Positions 10,010-20,320 of a DNA stretch of 64,000 nucleotides are shown piece by piece. The notes below the pieces were generated by a model, which was given only the letters and a program-made list of their open reading frames with translations, searched no databases and was not told where the DNA came from. Made by a program: the position numbers and the translations under genes. Within the stretch, counting starts at the first letter, position 1, and every line of letters starts with the position of its first letter. Source of the DNA: Candidatus Moraniibacteriota bacterium (GTDB lineage Bacteria > Patescibacteriota > Minisyncoccia > Moranbacterales > GCA-2747515); NCBI GenBank assembly GCA_040772365.1, contig JAXGYI010000006.1, positions 4,014 through 68,013 on the forward strand. Reading direction: 5' to 3'.

Positions 10010-12762
10010 AGAAGACGGCGTAAGCGACGAATAGCTGCTGTCAGCTCCTGCTCTTTGGCACGCGCATCAGCAAGTTTTGTGCGCTCCCTGTTCACGACAG
10101 CTGGAGGAGCCTTCGTGGTAAATGCTTCGTTGGAGAGTTTTTTTGTTAATGTTGCAATGTAGGAAGTGACCGCTGTTAACTCTTTTTCTTTTTTCTCTTT
10201 TTCTCCTGCTGCATCTAATGCTGTGTGTGCGTCCAGCGCAATGGTAATGCCGTGCTCTGTCGTTGTTGTCAGGGATTTACGTGCAGGAGCGTCTTTCGTT
10301 ACAATGGCGTTGACAATATTTGTACGCATGCCAGCAATAATAGGCATGTGGCGCTCAATGATGTCATGTAGCGCTGCATCACAGTGAAGGGTGCAAGGGA
10401 TTTTTTTATTTGGCGCAATGCCTTGCTCTTGACGTAGCGTGCGAATTGCTGTGATGACACCAATCACCAAGTCAGCGGCGCGACTGTGCTGTTCGCGATC
10501 CGCGAGGAGTGGTAAGTAGGCATCTTCTGTCGGATAATCTGTTGTAATAAGAAGTTTGTCAGATTCTGTGCGAAATGCACCCCAGAGCTCTTCTGTGACA
10601 AACGGAATGATCGGGTGCCATAGTGCAAGGAGGTGTGTAAAAATGGCACGTAGTACGGCATTTTTTGCAACAGTGTTATGTTCAAATTTAGCTGCTTCAA
10701 TATACCAGTCTGCAAAATCATGCCATGTGAATGTCGTGAGCGTGTCGATGGCTTGTGCAAAACGATCAGCAGCAAAGTCTGCACGCACAGAAGCAATGGT
10801 GTCATGCATCTTACCAAGAATCATGACATCAAAATCTGTGAGATCATCGACAGTTGGTGCGTGGCGTGGCGGATTTTGAGTAATACGCTTTGAGATAAAA
10901 CGTCCGATGTTCCATAGTTTATTGACAAAGTTCCGCGCGCCAACAACTTTCTCTTCATAGTAGTGTGAGTCATTACCGGACGTAATGCCGGTAAGGAGAC
11001 TTAAACGAAGGGCATCGGTGCCATAGCGGATGCCGATTTCCAGAGGATCGATATTGTTGCCAGCAGATTTTGAGAATTTCTTTCCAGATCGATCACATAG
11101 CATCCCATGGATATAGGCCGATCGGAATGGAATGGTATCAAGAGTATATGTGCTCATGAGAATCATCCGCGCCATCCAGAAAAAGAGAATCTCATGCCCC
11201 ATCTGTATCCATGTTGTAGGGTGAAATGTACGAAAGTCTACGGTGTTCTCAGGCCAGCCAAGCGTGGAAAATGTCCATAGCCCAGAAGAGAACCATGTAT
11301 CTAGCGTGTCGTCATCCTGCGTCAGGGTTGTTGCGGCACACGTTGCACATGCGCGCGGTGCTTGTGTGGCGCAGGTCATATGTCCGCTAGGGCAATACCA
11401 TACCGGAATGCGATGTCCCCACCAAATTTGTCGTGAAATGGACCAGTCGCGTAAATTGTCAATCCAGTGGAGGTAATTTTTTGTAAAACGTTGTGGCGTG
11501 ATTGTGATTTTTTGCGCAGGATCGTTGTTGTGTCCAACGGTGACAGCATTGCGCATGAGATCTTTTAGAGACACGTTACGACCGGGAATCTTTTTATTTA
11601 CATCCACAAACCACTGTGTCATCGGAAGTGCCTCTACAACATCCTTGAAACGATCAGAGATGCCGACATTTTGTGTAATATCTTCTTCTTTTTGGAGGAG
11701 TTTATTGGTGCGCAGCCATGCGACAAATTTTTCACGGGCCTCTGCAACAGTGAGTCCTGCATAAGCGCGACCAGATGCAGCAGTCATTGTGCCATTCGTG
11801 TCAATAACCTGAATGAGATCAATCGGATCACCGAGTGCTTTCTGTTTTTCGTACATGTCAAAATCTACAGCGCTGTGCGCCGGCGTAACACCGAGTGCAC
11901 CAGTGCCAAACGTCGGATCAACATCGTGTGATGCGATTACCTTGATGGTGAGCGGTTGTGCCGATCCCACATCTACAGTGAAGGTTTGTCCAATGTACTT
12001 GTTATAGCGTGTATCACGTGGGTGTACAGCGACTGCAGTATCGCCAAGCTTGGTTTCCGGACGTGTTGTGGAGATGGCAATAGGAAAGTCCGCGCTGTAA
12101 CGAAATGTGTAGAGAGTTGCTGTGCGCTCAACATGCTCTACTTCATCATCGGAACATGTGGACTGACCAGTAACTGACCAGTTTACGACACGATGACCAC
12201 GATAAATTAAGCCGTCATCGTACATTTTTTTGAATACAGCATTAACGGCATTGCTACGAGGTTCATCAAAAGTATAGGCCAGTCGACTCCAATCACAACT
12301 TGTGCCCATTGCGCGGATTTGAGAGAGAATGATCGATTTGGACTCCTCTGCATACGTGCGAATTTCTTGGAGCAGTGCATCGCGACCAAGCTCTGTACGT
12401 GGGTGTGTCATGCCGCGATCCATTAGAATACGTTCAACCTTTGCCTGCGTGGCAATGGCAGCATGATCAGTACCGGGGAGGAGCAGTGTTTTGTAACCGT
12501 GCATGCGTGCCCATCGTACTTTGGCATCCATGATGCTATTTTCCAATGCGTGCCCGAGGTGGAGGACGCCTGTGACGTTAGGGGGTGGCATCATCACGCA
12601 AAAGGGATCACTTCCTGTTGCGTGATCGGGACTATATGCGCCAGATTTCTCCCACATCTTATAGAGGCGTCGTTCCGCATCAATGGCATCAAAGTGTGTT
12701 GGTAGACTTTTTGACATAGGGAGATGTAGAAAAGAGATAGTGTACTGCATGCAGTGTAGCAA
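10006..12762 (-). CDS. valS: valine--tRNA ligase
   Basis: Class I HIGH region 'PPPNVTGVLHLGHA', KMSKS 'KFSKSAGN', an editing domain, and a C-terminal coiled coil typical of ValRS. Confidence 0.9.
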   Translation of the reverse strand: MLHCMQYTISFLHLPMSKSLPTHFDAIDAERRLYKMWEKSGAYSPDHATGSDPFCVMMPPPNVTGVLHLGHALENSIMDAKVRWARMHGYKTLLLPGTDHAAIATQAKVERILMDRGMTHPRTELGRDALLQEIRTYAEESKSIILSQIRAMGTSCDWSRLAYTFDEPRSNAVNAVFKKMYDDGLIYRGHRVVNWSVTGQSTCSDDEVEHVERTATLYTFRYSADFPIAISTTRPETKLGDTAVAVHPRDTRYNKYIGQTFTVDVGSAQPLTIKVIASHDVDPTFGTGALGVTPAHSAVDFDMYEKQKALGDPIDLIQVIDTNGTMTAASGRAYAGLTVAEAREKFVAWLRTNKLLQKEEDITQNVGISDRFKDVVEALPMTQWFVDVNKKIPGRNVSLKDLMRNAVTVGHNNDPAQKITITPQRFTKNYLHWIDNLRDWSISRQIWWGHRIPVWYCPSGHMTCATQAPRACATCAATTLTQDDDTLDTWFSSGLWTFSTLGWPENTVDFRTFHPTTWIQMGHEILFFWMARMILMSTYTLDTIPFRSAYIHGMLCDRSGKKFSKSAGNNIDPLEIGIRYGTDALRLSLLTGITSGNDSHYYEEKVVGARNFVNKLWNIGRFISKRITQNPPRHAPTVDDLTDFDVMILGKMHDTIASVRADFAADRFAQAIDTLTTFTWHDFADWYIEAAKFEHNTVAKNAVLRAIFTHLLALWHPIIPFVTEELWGAFRTESDKLLITTDYPTEDAYLPLLADREQHSRAADLVIGVITAIRTLRQEQGIAPNKKIPCTLHCDAALHDIIERHMPIIAGMRTNIVNAIVTKDAPARKSLTTTTEHGITIALDAHTALDAAGEKEKKEKELTAVTSYIATLTKKLSNEAFTTKAPPAVVNRERTKLADARAKEQELTAAIRRLRRLL

Positions 12763-12786
12763 GAATAGCAGTGTTTTTCAATATAG

Positions 12787-13884
12787 CTAAAATGATGTGT
12801 CACTACGAGGAAGTGTATCTGTGGCACGGGCATGTAGTGTGCGCCACGTATCTGTGTAGCGCGTTGTGTCAGTTGTCGCAGTGTAACGGTAATAGGCTGC
12901 TGTGGCGATCATGGCGGCATTGTCGCCGCAGTATATCTGTGCGGGACAGAAAAAACGTACGTTTGGTAACTGTTCTGTAAGGGTGGCGCGTAGGTGCGTG
13001 CGCAGATGTCTATTAGCGCTGACACCACCGGCAAGCACAACAGTGCGTGCAGCATACATCCGCGCTGCGCGGATAGTTTTTTTGATCAAAACATCACAGG
13101 CTGCTTCTTGAAAAGCGTGAGCCACGGCATTGACGAAGTCAGGAGGTAGTGGTGTGTGTTGCGTGTATTGCTGCGTTGCACGAAACTCTTTGACAGTATA
13201 GAGCACGGCAGTTTTAAGACCAGAAAATGAAAAATCATATCCAGGCGTTTGCAGCATCGGACGAGGTAGTGTGAAGGGGTTTGCGCGTTGCAGTGTAGTA
13301 AATGCATCGGCATGTGTAGCAATGGCGGGGCCGCCAGGGTAGCCAAGTTCAAGAATGCGTGCCACTTTGTCAAATGCCTCGCCGACGGCATCGTCTTGTG
13401 TTTGCCCGACAATGTCGTAAACACAGTGATCGTGCATCATGACAAGTTGTGTGTGTCCACCAGAAACGACAAGTGCTAGCACAGGAAAAATGATCTCTGT
13501 TGCATGATCAATCCAGTTAGCATAGATATGTCCCTCAATATGGTGTATGCCAATGAGGGGTTTGCGCCACGCGTAGGCCAGTGTTTTTGCGGCAGCAACA
13601 CCGGTGAGAAGTGCAGGGATGAGACCGGGACGATTGGCCACTGCGATCATATCGATTGCGGGGGGTTGCACGGAGGCATCAGCAAGGGCAGTGGTAATGA
13701 TGGGGATGAGGTTTTTAGTGTGCTCTCGTGCAGCAAGGTTGGGCACAACACCGCCCCATGGTGCGTGAATTTTCACCTGGGACGCTACGATGGAACTTTC
13801 CACATCTATAGAGGACATATCTGTTGCAGTAACAACACTTGCTGCCGTCTCATCGCAGGTTGTTTCAATGCCAAGAATACGCAT
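12787..13884 (-). CDS. tsaD: tRNA N6-adenosine threonylcarbamoyltransferase TsaD (Kae1/OSGEP family)
   Basis: 'MRILGIETTCDETAASVV' N-terminus, 'HHIEGHI' metal site, 'LAGGVSANRHLR'. Confidence 0.9.
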   Translation of the reverse strand: MRILGIETTCDETAASVVTATDMSSIDVESSIVASQVKIHAPWGGVVPNLAAREHTKNLIPIITTALADASVQPPAIDMIAVANRPGLIPALLTGVAAAKTLAYAWRKPLIGIHHIEGHIYANWIDHATEIIFPVLALVVSGGHTQLVMMHDHCVYDIVGQTQDDAVGEAFDKVARILELGYPGGPAIATHADAFTTLQRANPFTLPRPMLQTPGYDFSFSGLKTAVLYTVKEFRATQQYTQHTPLPPDFVNAVAHAFQEAACDVLIKKTIRAARMYAARTVVLAGGVSANRHLRTHLRATLTEQLPNVRFFCPAQIYCGDNAAMIATAAYYRYTATTDTTRYTDTWRTLHARATDTLPRSDTSF

Positions 13885-13944
13885 AGGTACTTGCTAAAAA
13901 AGGAAAATCGGGTAGTCTGAAAGTGTTTCTATTCTAGGTGTTTT

Positions 13945-14568
13945 TTGGACTTTATGCAACGCACTACCGCAGTACGTGGACAGGTGACGCCGCAGATGTG
14001 TAATGCAGTCGGTAATGATGCTGCAATTATTGCACGTGTACGCGCAGGTGAGGAATACTATTTTTCGTGCATCATCATGCGCTATGAACGAAAATTACGT
14101 GCGTATGTGGCGCAGCTTGCTCCGCGCCGCGATGATGTAGATGATATTGTGCAGACGGTTTTTATTAAGGCACTAGATCGCCTCGAGACATTTGATGCTC
14201 GGAGAAAATTTTCACCGTGGCTCTATCGTATCGCACACAATGAAACAATGAACTGGCTTAATGCGCACACACGACGACGGACAGTGTCGCTGGATGATCC
14301 GGACCTTACTGAGCATGCACAAGCCGATCACGATACAGCAACAGCCTTGGATGAGTGGATTGCGACGGAATTACGTGGTGCGCTACATGATGCCGTAGGG
14401 GACTTGCCAGAACAGTATGCTTCTGTGATCCGCATGTACTACTTTGAGGAGATGTCTTATAAAGATATTGCCGTTGCATTGCAGAAGCCCGTAGGCAGCA
14501 TTGGCACACTGCTGCATCGTGCAAAGAAACGCTTGCTCACGAACGTCATACGGTCAAGGGAATTGTAA
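13945..14568 (+). CDS. ECF-type RNA polymerase sigma-70 family factor
   Basis: Region 2 'FSPWLYRIAHNETMNW' and region 4 HTH 'EMSYKDIAVALQKPVGSIGTLLHRAKKRL'. Confidence 0.8.
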   Translation: MDFMQRTTAVRGQVTPQMCNAVGNDAAIIARVRAGEEYYFSCIIMRYERKLRAYVAQLAPRRDDVDDIVQTVFIKALDRLETFDARRKFSPWLYRIAHNETMNWLNAHTRRRTVSLDDPDLTEHAQADHDTATALDEWIATELRGALHDAVGDLPEQYASVIRMYYFEEMSYKDIAVALQKPVGSIGTLLHRAKKRLLTNVIRSREL

Positions 14569-14633
14569 AATATGTAGCCTTTTTTTTGTAAATACGTTAC
14601 ACTTTCAAAAGTGTATATAAGCTATAAAGTACT

Positions 14634-15704
14634 ATGGATATCCAAGCACAGTTGCGCGATGACAAAAAACGCATTGACAGAGCATTGGAGGCGTTTCTTG
14701 TAGATGTGGAAAAGGAAACGCGTACTAAAGATGCTTTTATGGCAGATGCTGTAGCGTATCTGGCGAAAACGATACGTGCTGGCGGTAAACGCATTCGGCC
14801 AATCATGGTATGTTGGGGATATCGTGCTATGGGGGGAACACAGGAGGATGCGATTGTTCGTGCATCCATTAGTATTGAACTGATTCATGCATTTCTCTTA
14901 ATGCATGATGATATCATTGACCGTGATCACTTGCGGCGTGGCATGCCGACGGTACATGCTCACTATGCCAATCACTTTCGTGCACTTTTTGGCGCAGAGC
15001 AAGCCGATCATTTTGGTATGGCAATGGGTATTGTGATGGGTGACTTCACCTATTCTCTTGGCAATCGTGCACTGTTTATGGCGCAGTTCTCACCTGACAT
15101 TGTGGTGCGTGCACTACAGAGCTTGCAGGACGTTGTGGGCCTGACTGTTGTCGGAGAGATGCAGGATGTGCGCATGGGATATACGAGAGATGCTACTGTA
15201 CAGGATATTATGGCGATGTATGAAAACAAAACAGCGCGCTATACGTTTGAGGGTCCGCTGAAGCTTGGAAGTATTTTGGCTGGAGCAGACGATGCAGCGT
15301 GTGCACAGTGGGAAAAATACGCCGTGCCGCTTGGAATCGCTTTTCAGATTCGTGACGATGTTCTTGGTATTTTTGGTGACGAGAAAAAAACTGGCAAGCC
15401 TGTGGGATCAGATATTGCGGAAGGGAAGATGACGCTTTTGGTGCGTGTGGCGCTGGATCGCGCTACTGCAGCGCAGCGTGATCAATTGACAGCGATTTTA
15501 CACAAGGGTGACATGCTGACAGCTGACGACATTACGCAATACCGTACGCTGTTGAAAGAAACACAGGCGTGTGCATATGTGCAGCAGCGCATGGATGCAC
15601 TGATTGATGATGCGCATGCTGCACTGCAGGATCTTCCAGTTGCCGCATCGGCTAAGGTATTTCTCTCTGGTGTGGCGGATTATGTGCGTATGCGCGACCT
15701 CTAA
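14634..15704 (+). CDS. polyprenyl diphosphate synthase (trans-isoprenyl diphosphate synthase family)
   Basis: FARM 'LMHDDIIDRDHLRRG' and SARM 'FQIRDDVLGIFGDEKKTGK'. Confidence 0.85.
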   Translation: MDIQAQLRDDKKRIDRALEAFLVDVEKETRTKDAFMADAVAYLAKTIRAGGKRIRPIMVCWGYRAMGGTQEDAIVRASISIELIHAFLLMHDDIIDRDHLRRGMPTVHAHYANHFRALFGAEQADHFGMAMGIVMGDFTYSLGNRALFMAQFSPDIVVRALQSLQDVVGLTVVGEMQDVRMGYTRDATVQDIMAMYENKTARYTFEGPLKLGSILAGADDAACAQWEKYAVPLGIAFQIRDDVLGIFGDEKKTGKPVGSDIAEGKMTLLVRVALDRATAAQRDQLTAILHKGDMLTADDITQYRTLLKETQACAYVQQRMDALIDDAHAALQDLPVAASAKVFLSGVADYVRMRDL

Positions 15705-15729
15705 TTTTATAGTAGTAATACACATAATT

Positions 15730-16455
15730 ATGACACAGCGATCAGATTATCGCGATAGCACCGTCCCGCGTCACGTTGCTATTATCCCCGACGGCAATCG
15801 CCGATGGGCGTCGCTGCGCGGTATGGATCCGTGGATTGGACACGAACAAGGTGCACAGCGCATCGAAGAACTTGCTTCTGCGGCGCGTGACATGGGGATT
15901 ACGCATCTATCATTTTGGGGGTCGTCCATGGAAAATTTAACCAAGCGACCACTCTTGGAGCGCAAGGCATTGATGAATGTCTATGAAAAATATTTCACGA
16001 AACTGATGCACGATCCGTCAGTTGTACGAGATGAGGTGCGCATTCGTGTGTGTGGGTACTGGCGTGAGGTGCTGCCGGAAAAACTCGTTCGCGTTTTAGA
16101 TGGGGGTATAGCCGCCACAGCACAACATACACGTCACCATCTTACATTTTTTTTAAACTACAGCGGTGATTATGAAATGGTGGAGGCAGTACGTGCAATG
16201 ATTGTTGGCGGTGTGCCGGCACACACTGTTTCTGCTGCGACACTGAAGGCGCACCTGCTCACGGCAGACTTGCCGCCGGTGGATTTCCTGATTCGCACAG
16301 GAGGTGAGCCCCATCTCAGTGCGGGGTTTCTGATGTGGGATATAGCAAATGCGCAGCTGTATTTTGATGATGTGCTATTTCCGGATTTTGATGTAGCGCA
16401 TTTGCAAACTGCGCTAGATGACTATGCGCGGCGCACACGGCGATTAGGAAAGTAG
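15730..16455 (+). CDS. uppS: di-trans,poly-cis-undecaprenyl-diphosphate synthase (UppS, cis-prenyltransferase)
   Basis: 'RHVAIIPDGNRRWA' signature. The ATG at 15730 was chosen because the longer ORF start at 15604 overlaps the upstream gene. Confidence 0.85.
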   Translation: MTQRSDYRDSTVPRHVAIIPDGNRRWASLRGMDPWIGHEQGAQRIEELASAARDMGITHLSFWGSSMENLTKRPLLERKALMNVYEKYFTKLMHDPSVVRDEVRIRVCGYWREVLPEKLVRVLDGGIAATAQHTRHHLTFFLNYSGDYEMVEAVRAMIVGGVPAHTVSAATLKAHLLTADLPPVDFLIRTGGEPHLSAGFLMWDIANAQLYFDDVLFPDFDVAHLQTALDDYARRTRRLGK

Positions 16456-16605
16456 GTACCTATATTTTTCGATCGTAGATTCAGAGAATATTTTTGCATG
16501 CATACGAGAGCATTTCGATTGATACATTCAAAGCGTTTGAGTGGTTACTCCTCACGATGTGGATAACACATCCTTACGCAGTACGTGCATTATTTTGCAC
16601 GATGG

Positions 16606-16613
16606 TGTATAAT
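16606..16613 (+). promoter_or_regulatory. extended -10 promoter element (TGTATAAT) upstream of the pilin gene
   Basis: TGnTATAAT about 47 nt upstream of the pilin ATG. RBS GGAGGTGA at 16644-16651. Confidence 0.35.
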
Positions 16614-16659
16614 GAAAACTGTAAAAACAAAAATGACATAGAATGGAGGTGATACGAAC

Positions 16660-17058
16660 ATGAAAAAAGGTTTTACGCTTATCGAGCTCCTTATCGTGAT
16701 CGCAATCATCGGTATCTTGGCATCCATTGTCTTGGTATCGCTGAACAGCGCACGTCAGAAGGCGCGTATTGCGGCAGCAAAATCCTCCATTTCTTCCACG
16801 GTCCCCGGAGCGGTGATGTGTGCAGATGATGGTGGTATCCTCCAGGCACCTAATGCAGCGACGGGCGGAGGTGCAATGTGTGATACGGACGACAGTACAG
16901 CTTGGCCGGAGTTAGGTGATGGTGCTACGTGGAATACAACTATTGAACCAAACTCTTTGACGAATAGTGATTTCAAGTATACAGCAACAATTCAGACTAG
17001 TGACGGTGACTGTACAGCAACGTGTACTGCCACAGGTTGCTCGTTTGATAACTGCTAA
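16660..17058 (+). CDS. type IV pilin / type II secretion pseudopilin-like major pilin
   Basis: Class III signal '[23 protein letters not shown]' (G|F, Glu+5). Confidence 0.8.
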   Translation: MKKGFTLIELLIVIAIIGILASIVLVSLNSARQKARIAAAKSSISSTVPGAVMCADDGGILQAPNAATGGGAMCDTDDSTAWPELGDGATWNTTIEPNSLTNSDFKYTATIQTSDGDCTATCTATGCSFDNC

Positions 17059-17075
17059 TGTTGTGATGAACTGCC

Positions 17076-17120
17076 TCACTTGCTATTTTTCATATAAAAT
17101 GGCAAGTGAAAGGATTTTTT
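17076..17120 (+). terminator. hairpin + T-run after the pilin gene (possible partial terminator/attenuator)
   Basis: TCACTTGC...GCAAGTGA 8-bp stem with a large loop, then AAGGATTTTTT. Confidence 0.3.
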
Positions 17121-17138
17121 CACTATAGCGAATTCAAT

Positions 17139-17936
17139 ATGTTTGTTGCGGCACTCCTCTTCGTTTTTGGTGGAATTGTTGGTAGTTTTTGCAATGTGCT
17201 CATCTATCGTCTACACAGCGGTGATGATTTTGTATATACGCGATCACGGTGTCGCGCATGTAAGAAGCACATTGCATGGTACGATAATGTTCCCGTAGTG
17301 AGTTTTATACTCTTGCGGGGAGTGTGTCGGCGGTGTGGCGTGCGAATTGCATGGCAGTACCCACTTGTAGAGATTGTTGTGGCGATACTTTTTGGTGTTG
17401 TGGGGTTTTTCTTTGCGATAGGATCTATTGTGTCTGTTGTGGCGACTGCAATGATTGCGCTTTCTTGTGCAGGCTTAGTAGTAGTGTTTGTCTATGATGC
17501 GCGACACATGGAGATCCCTATGGGCGTAATGTGGGCAGTGATTGGGTTTTTGATCGTAGCAAACGGCAGTACGGATGTGGCAAGTGGAGCGTTTACGCAC
17601 GGGCTTTTACACACTGCCACGGTGACGCACGGCCTATCTGCTCTGGCCGCATTCTGCTTTTTCTTTGCACTCAGTTACATATCAGATGAAACGTGGATGG
17701 GATACGGTGATGCATTCGTAGCGATTGCCGTAGGTCTCCTCTGCGGTCCCATTGGAACATTTGTCGCGCTTCTGATCGCATTTTGCATTGGGTCGGTGTA
17801 CGGTATCAGTCTCACGCTACTCAAACGTGCCACGATGAAATCTGCTGTACCCTTTGGTCCATTTCTCATCATTGGCGCGATCACGACATTTATACTTGTA
17901 CACAGCGGTGTGCAGTTTGATTTTTTGGGAATGTAA
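17139..17936 (+). CDS. pilD: prepilin peptidase (A24 family, PilD-like)
   Basis: Zinc-binding 'CRACKKHIAWYDNVPVVSFILLRGVCRRCG' and a multi-TM C-terminus. The ATG at 17139 is preferred over GTG 17106, which lies inside the hairpin. Confidence 0.8.
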   Translation: MFVAALLFVFGGIVGSFCNVLIYRLHSGDDFVYTRSRCRACKKHIAWYDNVPVVSFILLRGVCRRCGVRIAWQYPLVEIVVAILFGVVGFFFAIGSIVSVVATAMIALSCAGLVVVFVYDARHMEIPMGVMWAVIGFLIVANGSTDVASGAFTHGLLHTATVTHGLSALAAFCFFFALSYISDETWMGYGDAFVAIAVGLLCGPIGTFVALLIAFCIGSVYGISLTLLKRATMKSAVPFGPFLIIGAITTFILVHSGVQFDFLGM

Positions 17937-18164
17937 TACGGATCGTTCAGAAAGAAAAGCACCTTGTTATTTCGGGACGTGTTTCGGATCTTCGCTTACA
18001 GAGATGCTTGAGATACGTTTAGTTATGACATGCGGATAAGATCCGAGCCGACAATGAGGATTTAGCATGGCACTGAGGTGGTGGGGACTAATCCACAGTT
18101 GCCGTGGTGTGTTGCGAGAGAATGTGATATACTATACATGATAAATCAAAAATACAAACAGCAC

Positions 18165-18845
18165 ATGGCATATCAATTTAAAAATCGTCGGGGCTTCTCT
18201 TTTATGGAGCTAATTATTGTGATTGCCATTATCATGATCATGACATTTGTGATGTTGGTGATGTCAATGAGAGACCGGGAGAAGAAGAAGTTTGAAGCAG
18301 CTGGCCGTGAAGTTGCAGCGGCCGTGCGTGAGGCACAAAACAATGCTTTAACAGGGAAACAAAAAGATAACAACTCTCTGCCTTGTGCAATGATGTTTTA
18401 TACAGATAGTAACGAGTTTAGCGTTATAGGGTCATTTCGTACATTAGACAGTTCTTGCGGAAGCGATACAGATATTCGTAGCTATGCAATGGATAGTCCT
18501 TTTATGGCTAGTGCACTTTCGCCACGCAACCTTAAGATGCAAATGTATAACTATGATGAAGACGCAGATAGCGGTCGTATGCCAGCTCAGGATAAACAGT
18601 TTATTATTTTTACAGTACCCTATGGTAAGTATATTGATAACTTAGGCGTAAGGCCTGGTGAATTAAATAGCACAAGTCGCGGTACAGAAATTCATATTTT
18701 AGATATTACCGACACTGCCAGTAATCCAGAAAAAATGTTCTATCGTATCTGCGTGCATCCAACAGGCTTAATTGAAGATATGGGGATCATTGAACCAGGA
18801 AATGCTAATGCGGCAGGGAAGGTGTGTTTATTTAAGACCATCTAA
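18165..18845 (+). CDS. prepilin-type N-terminal cleavage/methylation domain protein (minor pilin/pseudopilin)
   Basis: 'MAYQFKNRRGFSFMELIIVIAIIMIM' (G|F, Glu+5). The annotated ORF could start earlier (18078). Confidence 0.65.
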   Translation: MAYQFKNRRGFSFMELIIVIAIIMIMTFVMLVMSMRDREKKKFEAAGREVAAAVREAQNNALTGKQKDNNSLPCAMMFYTDSNEFSVIGSFRTLDSSCGSDTDIRSYAMDSPFMASALSPRNLKMQMYNYDEDADSGRMPAQDKQFIIFTVPYGKYIDNLGVRPGELNSTSRGTEIHILDITDTASNPEKMFYRICVHPTGLIEDMGIIEPGNANAAGKVCLFKTI

Positions 18846-18863
18846 GTTCCTATATCATATAAT

Positions 18864-19541
18864 GTGAAAAATAGTACTATGCTACAATGTGCTGCTCGTA
18901 AAGGGTTTTCTATTGCCGAGGTTTTAGTGGCGATGTTTATTTTATTAATAGGTATTGTGGACGTTATCTATCTTACAGGTCGCGGCGTAACGGAGACGCG
19001 CAGTGCCACAAATGCTGTGATTGCCACCATGCTTGCACAGGAGGGGACGGAGTTTGTACGCAATGTGCGAGATAATAACGTGACGCAAACCGATTGCGGA
19101 TCAGGCAGCGAACGATGTACAGCATTTTATAGATACTTTCCCAATGTCGCCGGGGGCGCCATGACTAATTTTTGTACGATCAGTGTGGCTGGATCTGGTG
19201 GTGATCCCATGACGTGTAGCGGTGTTTCCAGCGGCAGTGGTGATGCATTATTTATCAACGAGGCTACTGGCCTGTATCAACATCAGCACGCAGGAAATCA
19301 GACAACACCTTTTCGTAGGCGTATCTATATTCAATACACTATGACTAACGGAGATCCGCTAGATCAAACAAGCTCACATTTAGTGGCAGACGTGACGAGC
19401 GTGGTGTTGTTTAGCGGGAAAGAATTCGACACTCTTGATATGCACGGGGGTATTGGCGCTGTCGAGGAATGGTGCAAAATTGGCGCAGATTGTGCATTTG
19501 CGCAAACGCGCTTGACATCATGGATTAATTATGACAACTAA
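18864..19541 (+). CDS. prepilin-type N-terminal domain protein (minor pilin)
   Basis: 'ARKGFSIAEVLVAMFILLIGI' class III signal. Confidence 0.65.
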   Translation: MKNSTMLQCAARKGFSIAEVLVAMFILLIGIVDVIYLTGRGVTETRSATNAVIATMLAQEGTEFVRNVRDNNVTQTDCGSGSERCTAFYRYFPNVAGGAMTNFCTISVAGSGGDPMTCSGVSSGSGDALFINEATGLYQHQHAGNQTTPFRRRIYIQYTMTNGDPLDQTSSHLVADVTSVVLFSGKEFDTLDMHGGIGAVEEWCKIGADCAFAQTRLTSWINYDN

Positions 19542-19546
19542 GGACG

Positions 19547-20284
19547 ATGATTATGTATATGCGCACTAGGTGGTATAAAAAGGAAAAGGGATTCACTCTT
19601 GTAGAAATGATTATTGCAGTGTTTATTTTTCTCATGGTGATCTTAGCACTGGTAACGCTTTTTGCAGCGCAGATGCGGGCGTACATGCACGCACGTAGTG
19701 GACAGAAAGACTTGGAAAATGCACAGTTTGCACTTAATTACCTCGGCAAGTCACTGCGCACAGCAACACTTGTTGGTGCCGATGGGCGATCTCTTCAGCG
19801 TATGCAGATTCAACAGGGACTTGGTAATGACTTCTGGAATTTTCACATGTCTATGGATAGGCCGGGAAAAACATTAGTGTTCTATGACTTTTCACAGGAT
19901 TTATGTATGCGCCTCTTTGTTAAGGAGCGTGCAGATGGTTTAGGATCCGCGCTCTTTCTTCAGGAGGCAGCAAATAAACCTCAAGGAAGTACCGGTGGTC
20001 TTATGATTGCATATGATCGCACAGATGTCTGCATGGATCCCCGAGTTTACTCAGATTATTTTGACTATCGTGAGACACGTCTCACGAGTGGCGATGTTGA
20101 TGTCAATGTATGGGTTGCACCGACGCGCTCTACGGATATTTTTCGAGGCAGGCAAACAAACACCATCGGACGTGCTACAATCACGCTGAAAGTATGGCCA
20201 CTCAATCATAAGGATGACGATAAGCCAATGTATATTCAAACTACAGCATCGCTACGCGACTATCCACGCGACATGAGTTATTAA
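19547..20284 (+). CDS. prepilin-type N-terminal domain protein (minor pilin)
   Basis: 'KKEKGFTLVEMIIAVFIFLMVILAL' class III signal. The start is possibly at 19559. Confidence 0.65.
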   Translation: MIMYMRTRWYKKEKGFTLVEMIIAVFIFLMVILALVTLFAAQMRAYMHARSGQKDLENAQFALNYLGKSLRTATLVGADGRSLQRMQIQQGLGNDFWNFHMSMDRPGKTLVFYDFSQDLCMRLFVKERADGLGSALFLQEAANKPQGSTGGLMIAYDRTDVCMDPRVYSDYFDYRETRLTSGDVDVNVWVAPTRSTDIFRGRQTNTIGRATITLKVWPLNHKDDDKPMYIQTTASLRDYPRDMSY

Positions 20285-20320
20285 TATAAAAAAGTAAAAG
20301 CATAACATCATCTTTATCGT